Source: Candidatus Pelearchaeum maunauluense
GTDB lineage: Archaea; Thermoproteota; Nitrososphaeria_A; Caldarchaeales; Caldarchaeaceae
Length of the DNA stretch: 64,000 nt
Assembly (NCBI GenBank): GCA_030059675.1
Contig: JANVYQ010000006.1
Span: forward strand, 47,940 to 111,939
Reading direction: 5' to 3'
This document shows positions 1 to 8,874 of the stretch, in pieces. Position 1 is the first letter of the stretch. The number at the start of each line of letters is the position of its first letter. Made by a program: the position numbers and the translations under genes. The notes under the pieces were generated by a model that did no database searches, was not told where the DNA came from, and saw only the letters and a program-made list of their open reading frames with translations.

Positions 1-363
1 GGCCGCGTGGTCAACCCACTGCTGGTTGAGGGCCAGATTCATGGCGGCGCTATACAGGCTCTCGGCCAGGCTCTCTATGAGGAAGTAGTCTATAGCGAGG
101 ACGGCGCACTGATAACTGCTACATTCTCCGACTACCTTATACCATCAGCTATGGAGGCGCCGCGAATGATAACGGACAGAACCGAAACACCTGCGCCCAA
201 CCCGCTTGGAACAAAGGGCGTAGGCGAGGCCGCTACCGTTGGCCTAACGCAGGCTATAGTTAACGCCGTTGAAGACGCTCTAGCACCGTTTGGCGTTGAG
301 ATAGAAGACACTCCACTAAAACCATCGTATATCTGGGAACTGGTACATCGTAGAAAACAATAA
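1..363 (+). CDS. Xanthine dehydrogenase/CoxL-family molybdopterin-binding large subunit, C-terminal fragment (truncated by window start)
   Basis: Motifs VNPLLVEGQIHGG, DYLIPSA, NPLGTKGVGEA typical of CoxL/CutL/XdhA C-termini. Confidence 0.9.
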   Translation, partial: GRVVNPLLVEGQIHGGAIQALGQALYEEVVYSEDGALITATFSDYLIPSAMEAPRMITDRTETPAPNPLGTKGVGEAATVGLTQAIVNAVEDALAPFGVEIEDTPLKPSYIWELVHRRKQ

Positions 364-379
364 TAAACATGCAACCTCT

Positions 380-1708
380 ATGGTGAAGGCTCTAATGGGG
401 AGGTCGGCCAGCGAGATAATAGAGAGGGACTCGCGTCTCTTTATGCGCTGCTACCCGGCCCGTACAAAACTCGTAATAGCACGTGGCCGTGGAGCTGAAG
501 TATGGGATGTTGAGGGAAAGAGATACTTAGACCTCTTCTCAGGTATTGCGGTGAATAACGTAGGCCACTGCCATCCGCGCGTTGTTGAAGCTATACGAAG
601 GCAGTCTGAGGAACTTATACATACGTCCATGCTCTATTATAACGAGACTGTGCTAAAGCTTGCCGAGAAGCTGGCTGGAATCGTGCCCAGCGGTCTCTCC
701 CGTTTCTTCTTCGCCAATAGCGGGGCTGAGGCTGTTGAAGGGGCTGTGAAGCTGGCCAAGAAGTATGCGGCAAAACGCGGTATGGGGGGAGCGCAGGTAA
801 TAGCTCTTGACTGCTCCTTTCATGGACGGACATCACTAGCGCTAACCCTGACAGGCCAGAAAAAGTATAAACAAGGCCTGGGGAATTTCGCCAACTCTCC
901 AGGCGTTGTGCACGCGCCCTCACCATACTGTTACCGCTGTCCCCTGGGTCTCAGATACCCAGAATGCGGAATAGCATGCGCAGATGCCCTAGAGAGGGTT
1001 TTTGAGTTTAGAACCTCTGGAGAGGTTGCCGCCGTTATTGTTGAGCCTGTACAAGGGGAGGGTGGAATAATAGTCCCGCCTGACGAGTATCTACCGCGTG
1101 TGCAGAGCATATGCCGCGAGCATGGCGCTGCGTTTATCGTGGATGAAGTCCAGACAGGGCTTGGGAGAACTGGCAAGATATTCGCGGCAGAACACTGGGG
1201 ACTTGAGCCTGACATAATGACCATGGCTAAGGCGCTTGGGGGAGGGCTCCCAATAGGAGCTATAGCTGCGCGCGAAGAGGTAGCTAATGCTTTCGAGGCT
1301 GGAGACCACTTCTCAACATTCGGCGGCAACCCAGTATCATGCGCCGCTGCTATAGCTGCCATAGATGTCCTCATTGATGAGAAGCTGCATGAGAGGGCTG
1401 AGAAGCTGGGAAATCTTCTGCTCAAAATGTTTAGAAATGCTCAGGATGAGGCCGAGCTCATAGGCGATGTGAGAGGGAAGGGGCTTATGATAGGTATTGA
1501 GCTGGTTAAGGATAGGGAGGGTAAGCAACCAGCGTCTGACGAAGCAAGCAAAACCAGCGAGGAAGCGCTGAAGAAAGGCATCATAATAGGCGTGGGAGGA
1601 GTGAAAAAGAATGTCATAAGAATACAACCACCACTGGTCATAACTGAGGAACAGGCACAGAAAGCAGCGGAGGAAATCATCGCAATAATCAAACAGATTA
1701 AGAAATGA
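380..1708 (+). CDS. Class III PLP aminotransferase (4-aminobutyrate/acetylornithine aminotransferase-like)
   Basis: NSGAEAVE, SFHGRT, EPVQGEGG, DEVQTGLGRTG, AKALGGG, STFGGNP. Confidence 0.92.
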   Translation: MVKALMGRSASEIIERDSRLFMRCYPARTKLVIARGRGAEVWDVEGKRYLDLFSGIAVNNVGHCHPRVVEAIRRQSEELIHTSMLYYNETVLKLAEKLAGIVPSGLSRFFFANSGAEAVEGAVKLAKKYAAKRGMGGAQVIALDCSFHGRTSLALTLTGQKKYKQGLGNFANSPGVVHAPSPYCYRCPLGLRYPECGIACADALERVFEFRTSGEVAAVIVEPVQGEGGIIVPPDEYLPRVQSICREHGAAFIVDEVQTGLGRTGKIFAAEHWGLEPDIMTMAKALGGGLPIGAIAAREEVANAFEAGDHFSTFGGNPVSCAAAIAAIDVLIDEKLHERAEKLGNLLLKMFRNAQDEAELIGDVRGKGLMIGIELVKDREGKQPASDEASKTSEEALKKGIIIGVGGVKKNVIRIQPPLVITEEQAQKAAEEIIAIIKQIKK

Positions 1709-1763
1709 ACAGCCTGTTCTATTATCTAGAAATAAATACATCCAGCAGGCTCTTATTTTTGAG

Positions 1764-2210
1764 ATGAAAGAGGGTTATGCATCTATTCTAGCTGCATCAC
1801 TGGTGTCTGTGGCTGTTATTGCTGTGGGTTTTCTCGTACTGAGCTGGCAGCAGTGCCAATACACTACCACGCTTGTAGAAGACGCTGCCCTTAGACGTGA
1901 TGGTGTTGTGCTAATAAGTAGCGTAGGAAAATGCGGAAGCCTGGAAAAGCCTACAATAACGTATAAAAGGGCTGGAGAATACCTAATCCTAACATACAGC
2001 GAGCCAGCTAACAATATCTGCTACCGCCACATCATAGAGAGTGTCAAAACCCAGGAAGGAGATACGCCGCTAATTAGGATAGAGCTACGCCTAGTAGAGA
2101 CGAGCGAGGCCTGTGTTATGTGCGTAGGCTACATAACAACAACACTCACTATAGGCCCGCTGCCCGAAGGGGCGCGGGTGTATGTTAATGGCTTATTGGC
2201 CGCTGCGTAA
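1764..2210 (+). CDS. Membrane-anchored/secreted hypothetical protein, Cys-containing
   Basis: N-terminal hydrophobic helix, 148 aa ORF, AT-rich TATA-like segment about 30 nt upstream. Confidence 0.7.
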   Translation: MKEGYASILAASLVSVAVIAVGFLVLSWQQCQYTTTLVEDAALRRDGVVLISSVGKCGSLEKPTITYKRAGEYLILTYSEPANNICYRHIIESVKTQEGDTPLIRIELRLVETSEACVMCVGYITTTLTIGPLPEGARVYVNGLLAAA

Positions 2211-2223
2211 AAGGCTTATATAG
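2209..2223 (+). promoter_or_regulatory. Putative BRE/TATA box of the leader-lysC-aro operon
   Basis: AAAAGGC-TTATATAG; predicted start of transcription about 2245-2250, just upstream of the leader SD. Confidence 0.65.
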
Positions 2224-2248
2224 AAAAAGGGAAATCAAACAAAACACG

Positions 2249-2396
2249 ACCAGGAGGTGCGCGTGGTGAGGGCAGTAGGACTAACCTGTACAGGCTTTAG
2301 CGCCTTCACCACGTTTAGCTATTATTATCGCTGGTAAGCCGCCTCCGGTTTCGGTTCTTGTTTGTTCCTTTTTCTCCGTTTCTGGGGGGTGGTTTT
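2249..2396 (+). promoter_or_regulatory. Putative attenuator RNA: alternative pairings plus U-rich tract
   Basis: 12-bp stem 2262-2273/2302-2313; segment 2336-2346 can pair with 2253-2259 or with lysC SD 2385-2395; pyrimidine/U tract about 2355-2383. Confidence 0.65.
2263..2337 (+). CDS. Putative aromatic-amino-acid leader peptide, MVRAVGLTCTGFSAFTTFSYYYRW (24 aa)
   Basis: GGAGGT SD at 2253-2258, GTG starts at 2263/2266, 3 Phe + 3 tandem Tyr + Trp among the last 13 codons, directly upstream of chorismate-pathway operon; not in ORF track. Confidence 0.8.
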   Translation: MVRAVGLTCTGFSAFTTFSYYYRW

Positions 2397-3620
2397 ATGG
2401 GCAAAATAGTTGTAGTGAAGTTTGGTGGTTCTGTCCTCTCCGATGAGCGAAGCATAGAACGCGCAGCTAGGTGGTTGAAGGGTCTCCGTGATAAGGGCTT
2501 AAGCCCTGTTGTCGTCGTTTCGGCTCTACGCGGCGTAACTGATGAGCTACTTAAGACAGCACAGCGCCTAAACCCCGAAGCCCCACCTGAGCTCATGGAT
2601 GAAGTACTCGCCATGGGCGAGAGAACCAGCGCGAGGCTCTTCGCATTAGCCCTAACCAGAGAAGGCGTGGACGCCCTCGTGGTAGACCCAGACTCTACGC
2701 TATGGCCTGTTATAACCGACGAGAAACACCTAGACGCTACGCCTATACTGGACGAATGCAGGAGAAAAGCCTCCGAGGGTCTTCTGCCAGAGATTGCGGC
2801 AGGTAGGGTTCCAGTGGTCTGCGGCTACATAGGGGTATCCAAGACTGGGCGTATAACCACGCTGGGACGTGGGGGAAGCGACACTACAGCGGTTCTCCTA
2901 GCCAACTGTCTAGATGCCGAGGAGGTCGTCTTGGTGAAAGATGTGGGCGGGATACATTCGGCAGACCCGCGGAAGACACGAGAAGCCGAGGTGATAGAAA
3001 CCATGAGCGCCTCTGAGGTTCTCCAGCTAACCACCGGTGGCGCCAAGGTGCTCCACGCAAAAGCGCTACGCTATATGAATGACAGTATGAGAATACGGGT
3101 AGGGACTCTTGAATCCCTTGAAGAAGGCGGGACGCTCATAACAGCTTCAGGTATGCCAAAACTGGAGGTGGTGGCTACCCACGATAACGTGACGATGGTT
3201 ACTATAATTGGTAAGGATATGGGAGAGCCTTCGAAATTGGCGAAAATGGTGGAAGCCCTCGTGGAGGCTGACGCGAACCTTTTGGCAGCGTCAATAGAGG
3301 AGAACTCGCTAATAATATACTTGGATGGTGATGGTGATGTGGTGGAGAAACTGCATGACCTTCTCGTATCCAGCAGGCTTGGGAAGGCGATAAGCCACTT
3401 CCCAAACCTCAGTATGATAAAAGTTTCAGGAACCATGCTGGAGACAAGCCCAGGCGTCATTCACAAGATAACACAACCCCTAGCAGCGCAGGCGATAAAT
3501 GTCTATGGCCTTGTTACGATAAGCTCTTCTGTCCGCCTTTTCGTCTCGTCCAAAGAAGCCTCAAAGGCTATTAACTTGATACGTGACGGGTTGAGGGAGG
3601 TAGTGGATGAAGCAGCTTAA
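2397..3620 (+). CDS. lysC: Aspartate kinase with ACT domains
   Basis: KFGGS, VVSA, TTLGRGGSDTTA, KDVGGIHSADP; start moved to ATG 2397 behind GGGGGTGG SD. Confidence 0.95.
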   Translation: MGKIVVVKFGGSVLSDERSIERAARWLKGLRDKGLSPVVVVSALRGVTDELLKTAQRLNPEAPPELMDEVLAMGERTSARLFALALTREGVDALVVDPDSTLWPVITDEKHLDATPILDECRRKASEGLLPEIAAGRVPVVCGYIGVSKTGRITTLGRGGSDTTAVLLANCLDAEEVVLVKDVGGIHSADPRKTREAEVIETMSASEVLQLTTGGAKVLHAKALRYMNDSMRIRVGTLESLEEGGTLITASGMPKLEVVATHDNVTMVTIIGKDMGEPSKLAKMVEALVEADANLLAASIEENSLIIYLDGDGDVVEKLHDLLVSSRLGKAISHFPNLSMIKVSGTMLETSPGVIHKITQPLAAQAINVYGLVTISSSVRLFVSSKEASKAINLIRDGLREVVDEAA

Positions 3621-4662
3621 GGTAGCTATACTGGGAGCAACTGGGCTGGTGGGCCAGCACTACATAAAACTGCTAGCGCGGCACCCTTGGTTTAAGATAG
3701 CGACACTTACGGGCAAGGAGTCTGTAGGCAAGAAGTATGCGGAAGCTGTCAGAGGCGAGGCTCCAGACCCGCCTAAGGAGATAGCCGAGATGGAGGTAGT
3801 TCCCACAGAGCCAAAGTATGTTGATGCTGATTTTGTATTCTCCTGTCTCCCTACTGAGGCTGCTCGTGAGGCTGAGCCGAGTTTTGCGAAGGCAGGCTTC
3901 CCAGTGGTAAGTGACGCCTCGGCGCATAGGATGGATGATGATGTGCCGCTCATAATACCAGAGGTTAATCCAGGGCATCTGAAGCTGGTGGAAGCCCAGA
4001 GAAAAAGACGTGGCTGGGATGGCTTTATAGTAACAACGCCAAACTGCACTACCGTAGGGCTTGCGCTAACCCTATACCCGCTCCACAAGACGTATAACAT
4101 CAGAAAAGCCGTTGTAACCACCATGCAGGCAGTATCTGGCGCAGGCTATCCGGGGGTTCCCTCGCTCTCAATAATGGGAAACGTCATACCATACATATCT
4201 GGCGAGGAAAAGAAGGTGGAGGTAGAAACCCTAAAGATACTCGGAAACCTTGAGAACAGTATAGTAAAACCTGCCTCGCTGGAAATAGAAACTACATGCA
4301 CACGCGTTCCTACGATAGATGGGCATCTTGAGTCTCTGCATATAGAGGCGGAGCGGCCAATAAACGTGGATGAAGCCAAATCCGTCTTGGCCGAGTTTAC
4401 TTCCGTGCCGCAGGAGCTTAACTTACCAACCGCTCCGCGTAGGCCGATAATCGTGAGGGAGGAGCAGGACAGGCCGCAGCCTAGGATAGATGCCGACGCA
4501 GGGACAGTGCCAGGGATGAGCGTTACGGTAGGCAGGGTAAGGCAGGGAAAGAGGCCGACAACTCTTAACCTTCTGCTCCTGAGCCACAACTTAATACGAG
4601 GCGCCGCAGGCGTCGCTATACTCACGGCAGAACTAGCGCATCATTACGGGATGCTGAGGTGA
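3607..4662 (+). CDS. asd: Aspartate-semialdehyde dehydrogenase (archaeal type)
   Basis: GATGLVG, PNCTT, QAVSGAGYPG, RVPTIDGH, SHNLIRGAAG. Confidence 0.96.
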   Translation: MKQLKVAILGATGLVGQHYIKLLARHPWFKIATLTGKESVGKKYAEAVRGEAPDPPKEIAEMEVVPTEPKYVDADFVFSCLPTEAAREAEPSFAKAGFPVVSDASAHRMDDDVPLIIPEVNPGHLKLVEAQRKRRGWDGFIVTTPNCTTVGLALTLYPLHKTYNIRKAVVTTMQAVSGAGYPGVPSLSIMGNVIPYISGEEKKVEVETLKILGNLENSIVKPASLEIETTCTRVPTIDGHLESLHIEAERPINVDEAKSVLAEFTSVPQELNLPTAPRRPIIVREEQDRPQPRIDADAGTVPGMSVTVGRVRQGKRPTTLNLLLLSHNLIRGAAGVAILTAELAHHYGMLR

Positions 4663-4671
4663 ACTAATGCT

Positions 4672-5454
4672 ATGGTCTTCGGAAAACAGGTTCGCCTAGC
4701 AAGAATAACCGAGAACGGCAGAATGCTCTGCATACCCATGGACCACGGCGTAAGTGAAGGTCCTATTGCCGGTCTTGAGAATATCCATGATATGATGTTT
4801 ATGCTTGAGGATGCGGGTGTAACGGCTCTACTCGCGCATAAGGGGGTCTTTAGAACGCTTCCACGTCCCCTAAAGGTTGGAGCAATAATGCATATGTCGG
4901 CTAGCACGAAGCTCAGCAGTAAGCCCAACTGGAAAGTCCAGGTGGCGTCAATAGAGGAGGCAATAAGACTGGGCGTTGACGCTGTTTCGGTCCATGTAAA
5001 TATAGGAGGCGAGGATGATGCTGATATGTTATCCACGCTGGGGAGAATCGCGGATGTTTGCGACGACTTACAGATACCTTTTATCGCTATGATGTATCCG
5101 CGTGGCCCTAATATCAAGGATGATCGCGATCCTTCTGCGATAGCGCATGTGGCTCGAGTGGGAGCGGAGCTGGGGGCAGACATCGTAAAGACACCCATGC
5201 CGTCGGCTGAGCCTGATGAGATTAGGAAAGTCGTCAGGAGCTGCCCTGTACCTGTGGTGGCTGCTGGCGGGCCAAAGATGGAGCGCGACGAGGATGTTCT
5301 AAGGCTAGCGTGGGCGGTTATCCAAGGCGGCGGCATGGGAATAACCTTCGGTAGAAACGTCTTCCAACACAGCAGGCCGCGGCAGATTGTAAAGGCGCTC
5401 CGCGAGGTTATCTTCAACGGCAAGAAGCCTGAGGAGGCTTTACAAGTGGTATGA
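4672..5454 (+). CDS. aroA': 2-amino-3,7-dideoxy-D-threo-hept-6-ulosonate (ADH) synthase, DhnA-type class I aldolase
   Basis: PMDHG, AMMYPRG, ELGADIVKT, GRNVFQ; adjacent to type II DHQ synthase. Confidence 0.9.
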   Translation: MVFGKQVRLARITENGRMLCIPMDHGVSEGPIAGLENIHDMMFMLEDAGVTALLAHKGVFRTLPRPLKVGAIMHMSASTKLSSKPNWKVQVASIEEAIRLGVDAVSVHVNIGGEDDADMLSTLGRIADVCDDLQIPFIAMMYPRGPNIKDDRDPSAIAHVARVGAELGADIVKTPMPSAEPDEIRKVVRSCPVPVVAAGGPKMERDEDVLRLAWAVIQGGGMGITFGRNVFQHSRPRQIVKALREVIFNGKKPEEALQVV

Positions 5455-6470
5455 AGCGGGTAATTATAGCGTTCAATAAATGGGATGAGCAGCTCGTACA
5501 GAAGGCAGCGAGGCTGGGGTTTAGGGAGTTTCTGGCCGAAAATCCAGAACAAGCACCGAGAGATGCTATAATCTATCTGGAGGAGTCTGGGAAGCGTCTC
5601 AAGCTAGCTGCAGATGGTAAGAGGGTGGAGGTTCCAGTTGTGCATGTAAAGACGCCCACCGACCTTGAGCGTGTGGTTGAGCTGGGCAGGGCTGGGGCTG
5701 GAGAGGTGCATGTTAGGGCTGGAGACTGGAAGATAATTCCTCTGGAGAACCTTATCGCTATGAAGCGTGGGCTTAAGATAGACGTGATAGCTGAGGCTGG
5801 CTCGCCCTCTGAGGCTGAGCTCATGTTTGGGATACTTGAACAGGGTGTTGATGGTGTAGTGGTGAGGGTAGCAAACGCGGGTGAGTTGGAGCTGATTAAT
5901 GACGTGGCCAAAGCACCGACAAGCCTCAGACTTGACGAGGCGGTGGTGGAAGAGATAAAGGATGTAGGGATGGGTGATAGGGTATGCGTGGATACTGTTG
6001 CTGTTCTTGAGTATGGTGAGGGGCTTCTAGTGGGAAGCATGGCGCGCATGTTCTTCCTAATACATAACGAGTCGGTAGGCTCTGCATTTACGTCGCCGAG
6101 GCCGTTTAGAGTAAATGCTGGCGCTGTCCATAGCTATGTCCTTATGCCAGATGGTAAGACGAAGTATCTCTCTGAGATAGGTGCGGGTGATAGGGTGTTG
6201 GTGGTCAGCAGTAAGGGGAAGACACGCATAGCTGCTGTAGGGAGGGCGAAGGTTGAGCGCAGGCCTATGCGGCTCGTAAGAGCGCGGATAGGAGAGAGCT
6301 GGGGAGCGGTAACAGTCCAGAACGCAGAGACCATAAGATTCGTAACACCAGACCATAAGCTCATATCTGTAACCGAGCTAAAGGAAGGAGATAGAATACT
6401 CTGCCACATGGCACCTGAGAAAGCGAGGCACTTTGGAATGGCTGTAGATGAGATGATTATAGAGCGTTGA
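5451..6470 (+). CDS. aroB': 3-dehydroquinate synthase II (archaeal)
   Basis: DWKIIPLENLIA, GDRVCVDT, PRPFRVNAGAVHSY, QNAETI, RHFG. Confidence 0.95.
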   Translation: MKRVIIAFNKWDEQLVQKAARLGFREFLAENPEQAPRDAIIYLEESGKRLKLAADGKRVEVPVVHVKTPTDLERVVELGRAGAGEVHVRAGDWKIIPLENLIAMKRGLKIDVIAEAGSPSEAELMFGILEQGVDGVVVRVANAGELELINDVAKAPTSLRLDEAVVEEIKDVGMGDRVCVDTVAVLEYGEGLLVGSMARMFFLIHNESVGSAFTSPRPFRVNAGAVHSYVLMPDGKTKYLSEIGAGDRVLVVSSKGKTRIAAVGRAKVERRPMRLVRARIGESWGAVTVQNAETIRFVTPDHKLISVTELKEGDRILCHMAPEKARHFGMAVDEMIIER

Positions 6471-6473
6471 AGA

Positions 6474-7157
6474 ATGAAGACAAGACTCTGTGTATCAACC
6501 TACGGTAATGATGTCGGAGAGCTGTCGCATAGGATAGGCGAAGCCCTAGACGCTGGCGCCGAGCTGGTTGAGGCAAGGCTTGACTACCTAAAACTAATAG
6601 AGCCAGAGACGCTGGTAAGAGTTCTCAAACCATATGCTGACAAGCTCATAATAACTCTTAGACCAAAAAACCAAGGAGGACTATACGTTGGAGACGAAGC
6701 CCATAGAGTATCAATGCTCACTAAGCTATGTAGAATATCGCCAGCTTATGTTGATGTGGAACTTAATGCGGCAACTCCAACTCTCATAGATAGCATAAAG
6801 CGAGAAAATGTGAAAATAATAATCTCTTGGCACGACTATACTAGAACACCTGAGCAGGATTTTCTAAGGAACCTCTGTGAGAAGGCTCTCACTATGGGTG
6901 ATGTCGCCAAAATAGTTACGCTCTCAAGTTGTGAAGAAGATAATCTACGTGTGGTTAAGCTATACGCCTACTATCCGCCTGAGCGTTTAGTGGCTTTCTG
7001 CATGGGTGAATCTGGCAGAGTAACGCGCTTGCTGGCGGTGTGCGCTGGAGCGCCTATCATGTATGTGTCTCTTGGAGGGAGAGCCACGGCGGCGGGGCAG
7101 ATTGAGCTGGAAGAGATGAGGAGGCTCAGAGGCTGGGCGCTGGTGAAGAAGGCATGA
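6474..7157 (+). CDS. aroD: Type I 3-dehydroquinate dehydratase
   Basis: EARLD, TLR..QGG, YVDVEL, ISWHDY, KIV, FCMGE.G. Confidence 0.92.
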   Translation: MKTRLCVSTYGNDVGELSHRIGEALDAGAELVEARLDYLKLIEPETLVRVLKPYADKLIITLRPKNQGGLYVGDEAHRVSMLTKLCRISPAYVDVELNAATPTLIDSIKRENVKIIISWHDYTRTPEQDFLRNLCEKALTMGDVAKIVTLSSCEEDNLRVVKLYAYYPPERLVAFCMGESGRVTRLLAVCAGAPIMYVSLGGRATAAGQIELEEMRRLRGWALVKKA

Positions 7158-8008
7158 AGAATAGGGGAAAGATATACGGTGTTATTGGAGACCCTATAGA
7201 GCACTCAGTATCGCCAGCCATGTTTAACGCGGTCTTCAGAGAAGCTGGCCTATGGGATAGCATATACACAGCCATACGCGTAGCGAGTAATGAACTCCAG
7301 CAGCTCGTCAGAGCAATTCGTCTCCTTCCTTTTGGAGGAATTAACGTAACAATACCCCATAAAGTCAGTATTATGCGTTATCTAGACCTGCTTGACGAGT
7401 CTGCAGAAGAAGTGGGGGCTGTTAATACCGTGCATGTGGCTGGTGAGGAGCTGGTTGGCTATAATACGGATATGTTGGCCGTCATGAGAGTACTTAAGCA
7501 GTTTAAACGCGCTGGAGACGGGGCTGTTGTTCTTGGATGCGGAGGTGCCGCCAGAGCCGCCGCCATAGCGCTCAGAGAACTATCCATCAATAAACAGACC
7601 TTCGTTGGCAGAAGTAGGAAAAGAATGCGGGAGATGAAGAGATTCACCGCAAGTCGCGGGATTGACGCAGAAATCATAAGCTTTCAAGATTCCAAACTAA
7701 ACAGCGTCCTTGAAAAAAGTAGTGTTATAATAAATGCAACACCAGTAGGAATGTATCCAAATGTTAAGAGCACACCTATATATTCCTCGTTAATACCGCG
7801 CGGTGCTGTCGTATTTGATATGGTCTATAATCCAGAGGAGACTATGCTACTCAGAGCTGCCAAGCGAAGGGGAGCGCGTATAATCGGTGGGTTGGAGATG
7901 CTGGTGACGCAAGCTGAGGAAGCTTACCGTATATGGTTTGGTAGCCGCGCGCCGCGTGATATTATGATGAGGGCTGCACGGAACGAGTTGAGGAGGTTTA
8001 AGAAGTGA
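7154..8008 (+). CDS. aroE: Shikimate dehydrogenase
   Basis: GDPIEHSVSP, NVTIPHK, GAVNT, YNTD, NATPVG, DMVYNP. Confidence 0.95.
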   Translation: MKNRGKIYGVIGDPIEHSVSPAMFNAVFREAGLWDSIYTAIRVASNELQQLVRAIRLLPFGGINVTIPHKVSIMRYLDLLDESAEEVGAVNTVHVAGEELVGYNTDMLAVMRVLKQFKRAGDGAVVLGCGGAARAAAIALRELSINKQTFVGRSRKRMREMKRFTASRGIDAEIISFQDSKLNSVLEKSSVIINATPVGMYPNVKSTPIYSSLIPRGAVVFDMVYNPEETMLLRAAKRRGARIIGGLEMLVTQAEEAYRIWFGSRAPRDIMMRAARNELRRFKK

Positions 8009-8874
8009 AAGGCTACGCAAAAGCTTTTGGCGCTGTATCAATAGTTAATGCAATAGCAGCAGGCCGCGGGTCGGCTTTAGGAATAGACCTATACACCGAA
8101 GCTAGTGTGGAGATAACCAATAAAACTCAAGACATAATTTTAAAGTCTGAGAATAATATTGGAGATTCTTCTCTTACGCGTGAAGTTTTTAGAATTATCG
8201 CCGAGAGGATAGGCTTGGCGGATGTTGGAGCGCTGATAAGAACCTCCTCCAACATCCCTGTAGCTGTGGGGCTTAAGAGTTCCAGCTCCTCGGCAGTAGC
8301 TATTGCTTGCGCAGTTCTTGACGCTGCGAGAGCCAGGATGCAAGATGAGGAGCTCTTATCCCTGATAGCAGAGGCTTCCTTAAGGTCGGGGACATCAATT
8401 ACAGGAGCTATGGATGACGCTGCTGCATGTATGCTTGGAGGGCTTGTAATAACCGATAACATAGGTAGAAAGCTCTTAAAACGGGTTGAAATACACGACC
8501 GCCTCTATGCGGTTATACACATACCCGAGCAGCAAAGAATATTCACACGTGACTTTAGAAAAGAGTTGTTATACCCTGTGAAGAGGCTGGTTGAGGAGGC
8601 GTTTAGGCTTGCATTAGAGGATAGGTACTGGGATGCGATGACGCTAAACGGCCTGCTCCACGCGGCGGCGCTCTCCATCCCAGTAGCACCAGCGTTAGCC
8701 GCGTTAAGAGCAGGCGCCTTGGGGGCTGGGCTATCTGGAACAGGCCCCGCAACAGCTGCGATATGCACAACAGACAAACTAGATGCCGTTAGAGAAGCCA
8801 TGGAAGAGTATGGTGGTATGGTAATAGTTGCTCAGGTGAGCAATAAACGTGCAATAATTGGTGGCGGGTTTTGA
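8005..8874 (+). CDS. aroK: Archaeal GHMP-family shikimate kinase
   Basis: AVSIVNAIA, GLKSSS, SITGAMDDA, GLSGTGP. Confidence 0.93.
   Translation: MKGYAKAFGAVSIVNAIAAGRGSALGIDLYTEASVEITNKTQDIILKSENNIGDSSLTREVFRIIAERIGLADVGALIRTSSNIPVAVGLKSSSSSAVAIACAVLDAARARMQDEELLSLIAEASLRSGTSITGAMDDAAACMLGGLVITDNIGRKLLKRVEIHDRLYAVIHIPEQQRIFTRDFRKELLYPVKRLVEEAFRLALEDRYWDAMTLNGLLHAAALSIPVAPALAALRAGALGAGLSGTGPATAAICTTDKLDAVREAMEEYGGMVIVAQVSNKRAIIGGGF

Noticed and set aside
2358-2396. Track's Phe-rich N-terminal extension of lysC (MFVPFSPFLGGGF)
   Set aside because: Translation of the U-tract and SD; conserved sequence begins at ATG 2397
4644-5552. 302-aa minus-strand ORF and many similar antisense ORFs across the window
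   Set aside because: They overlap well-supported genes on the opposite strand and have no recognisable motifs
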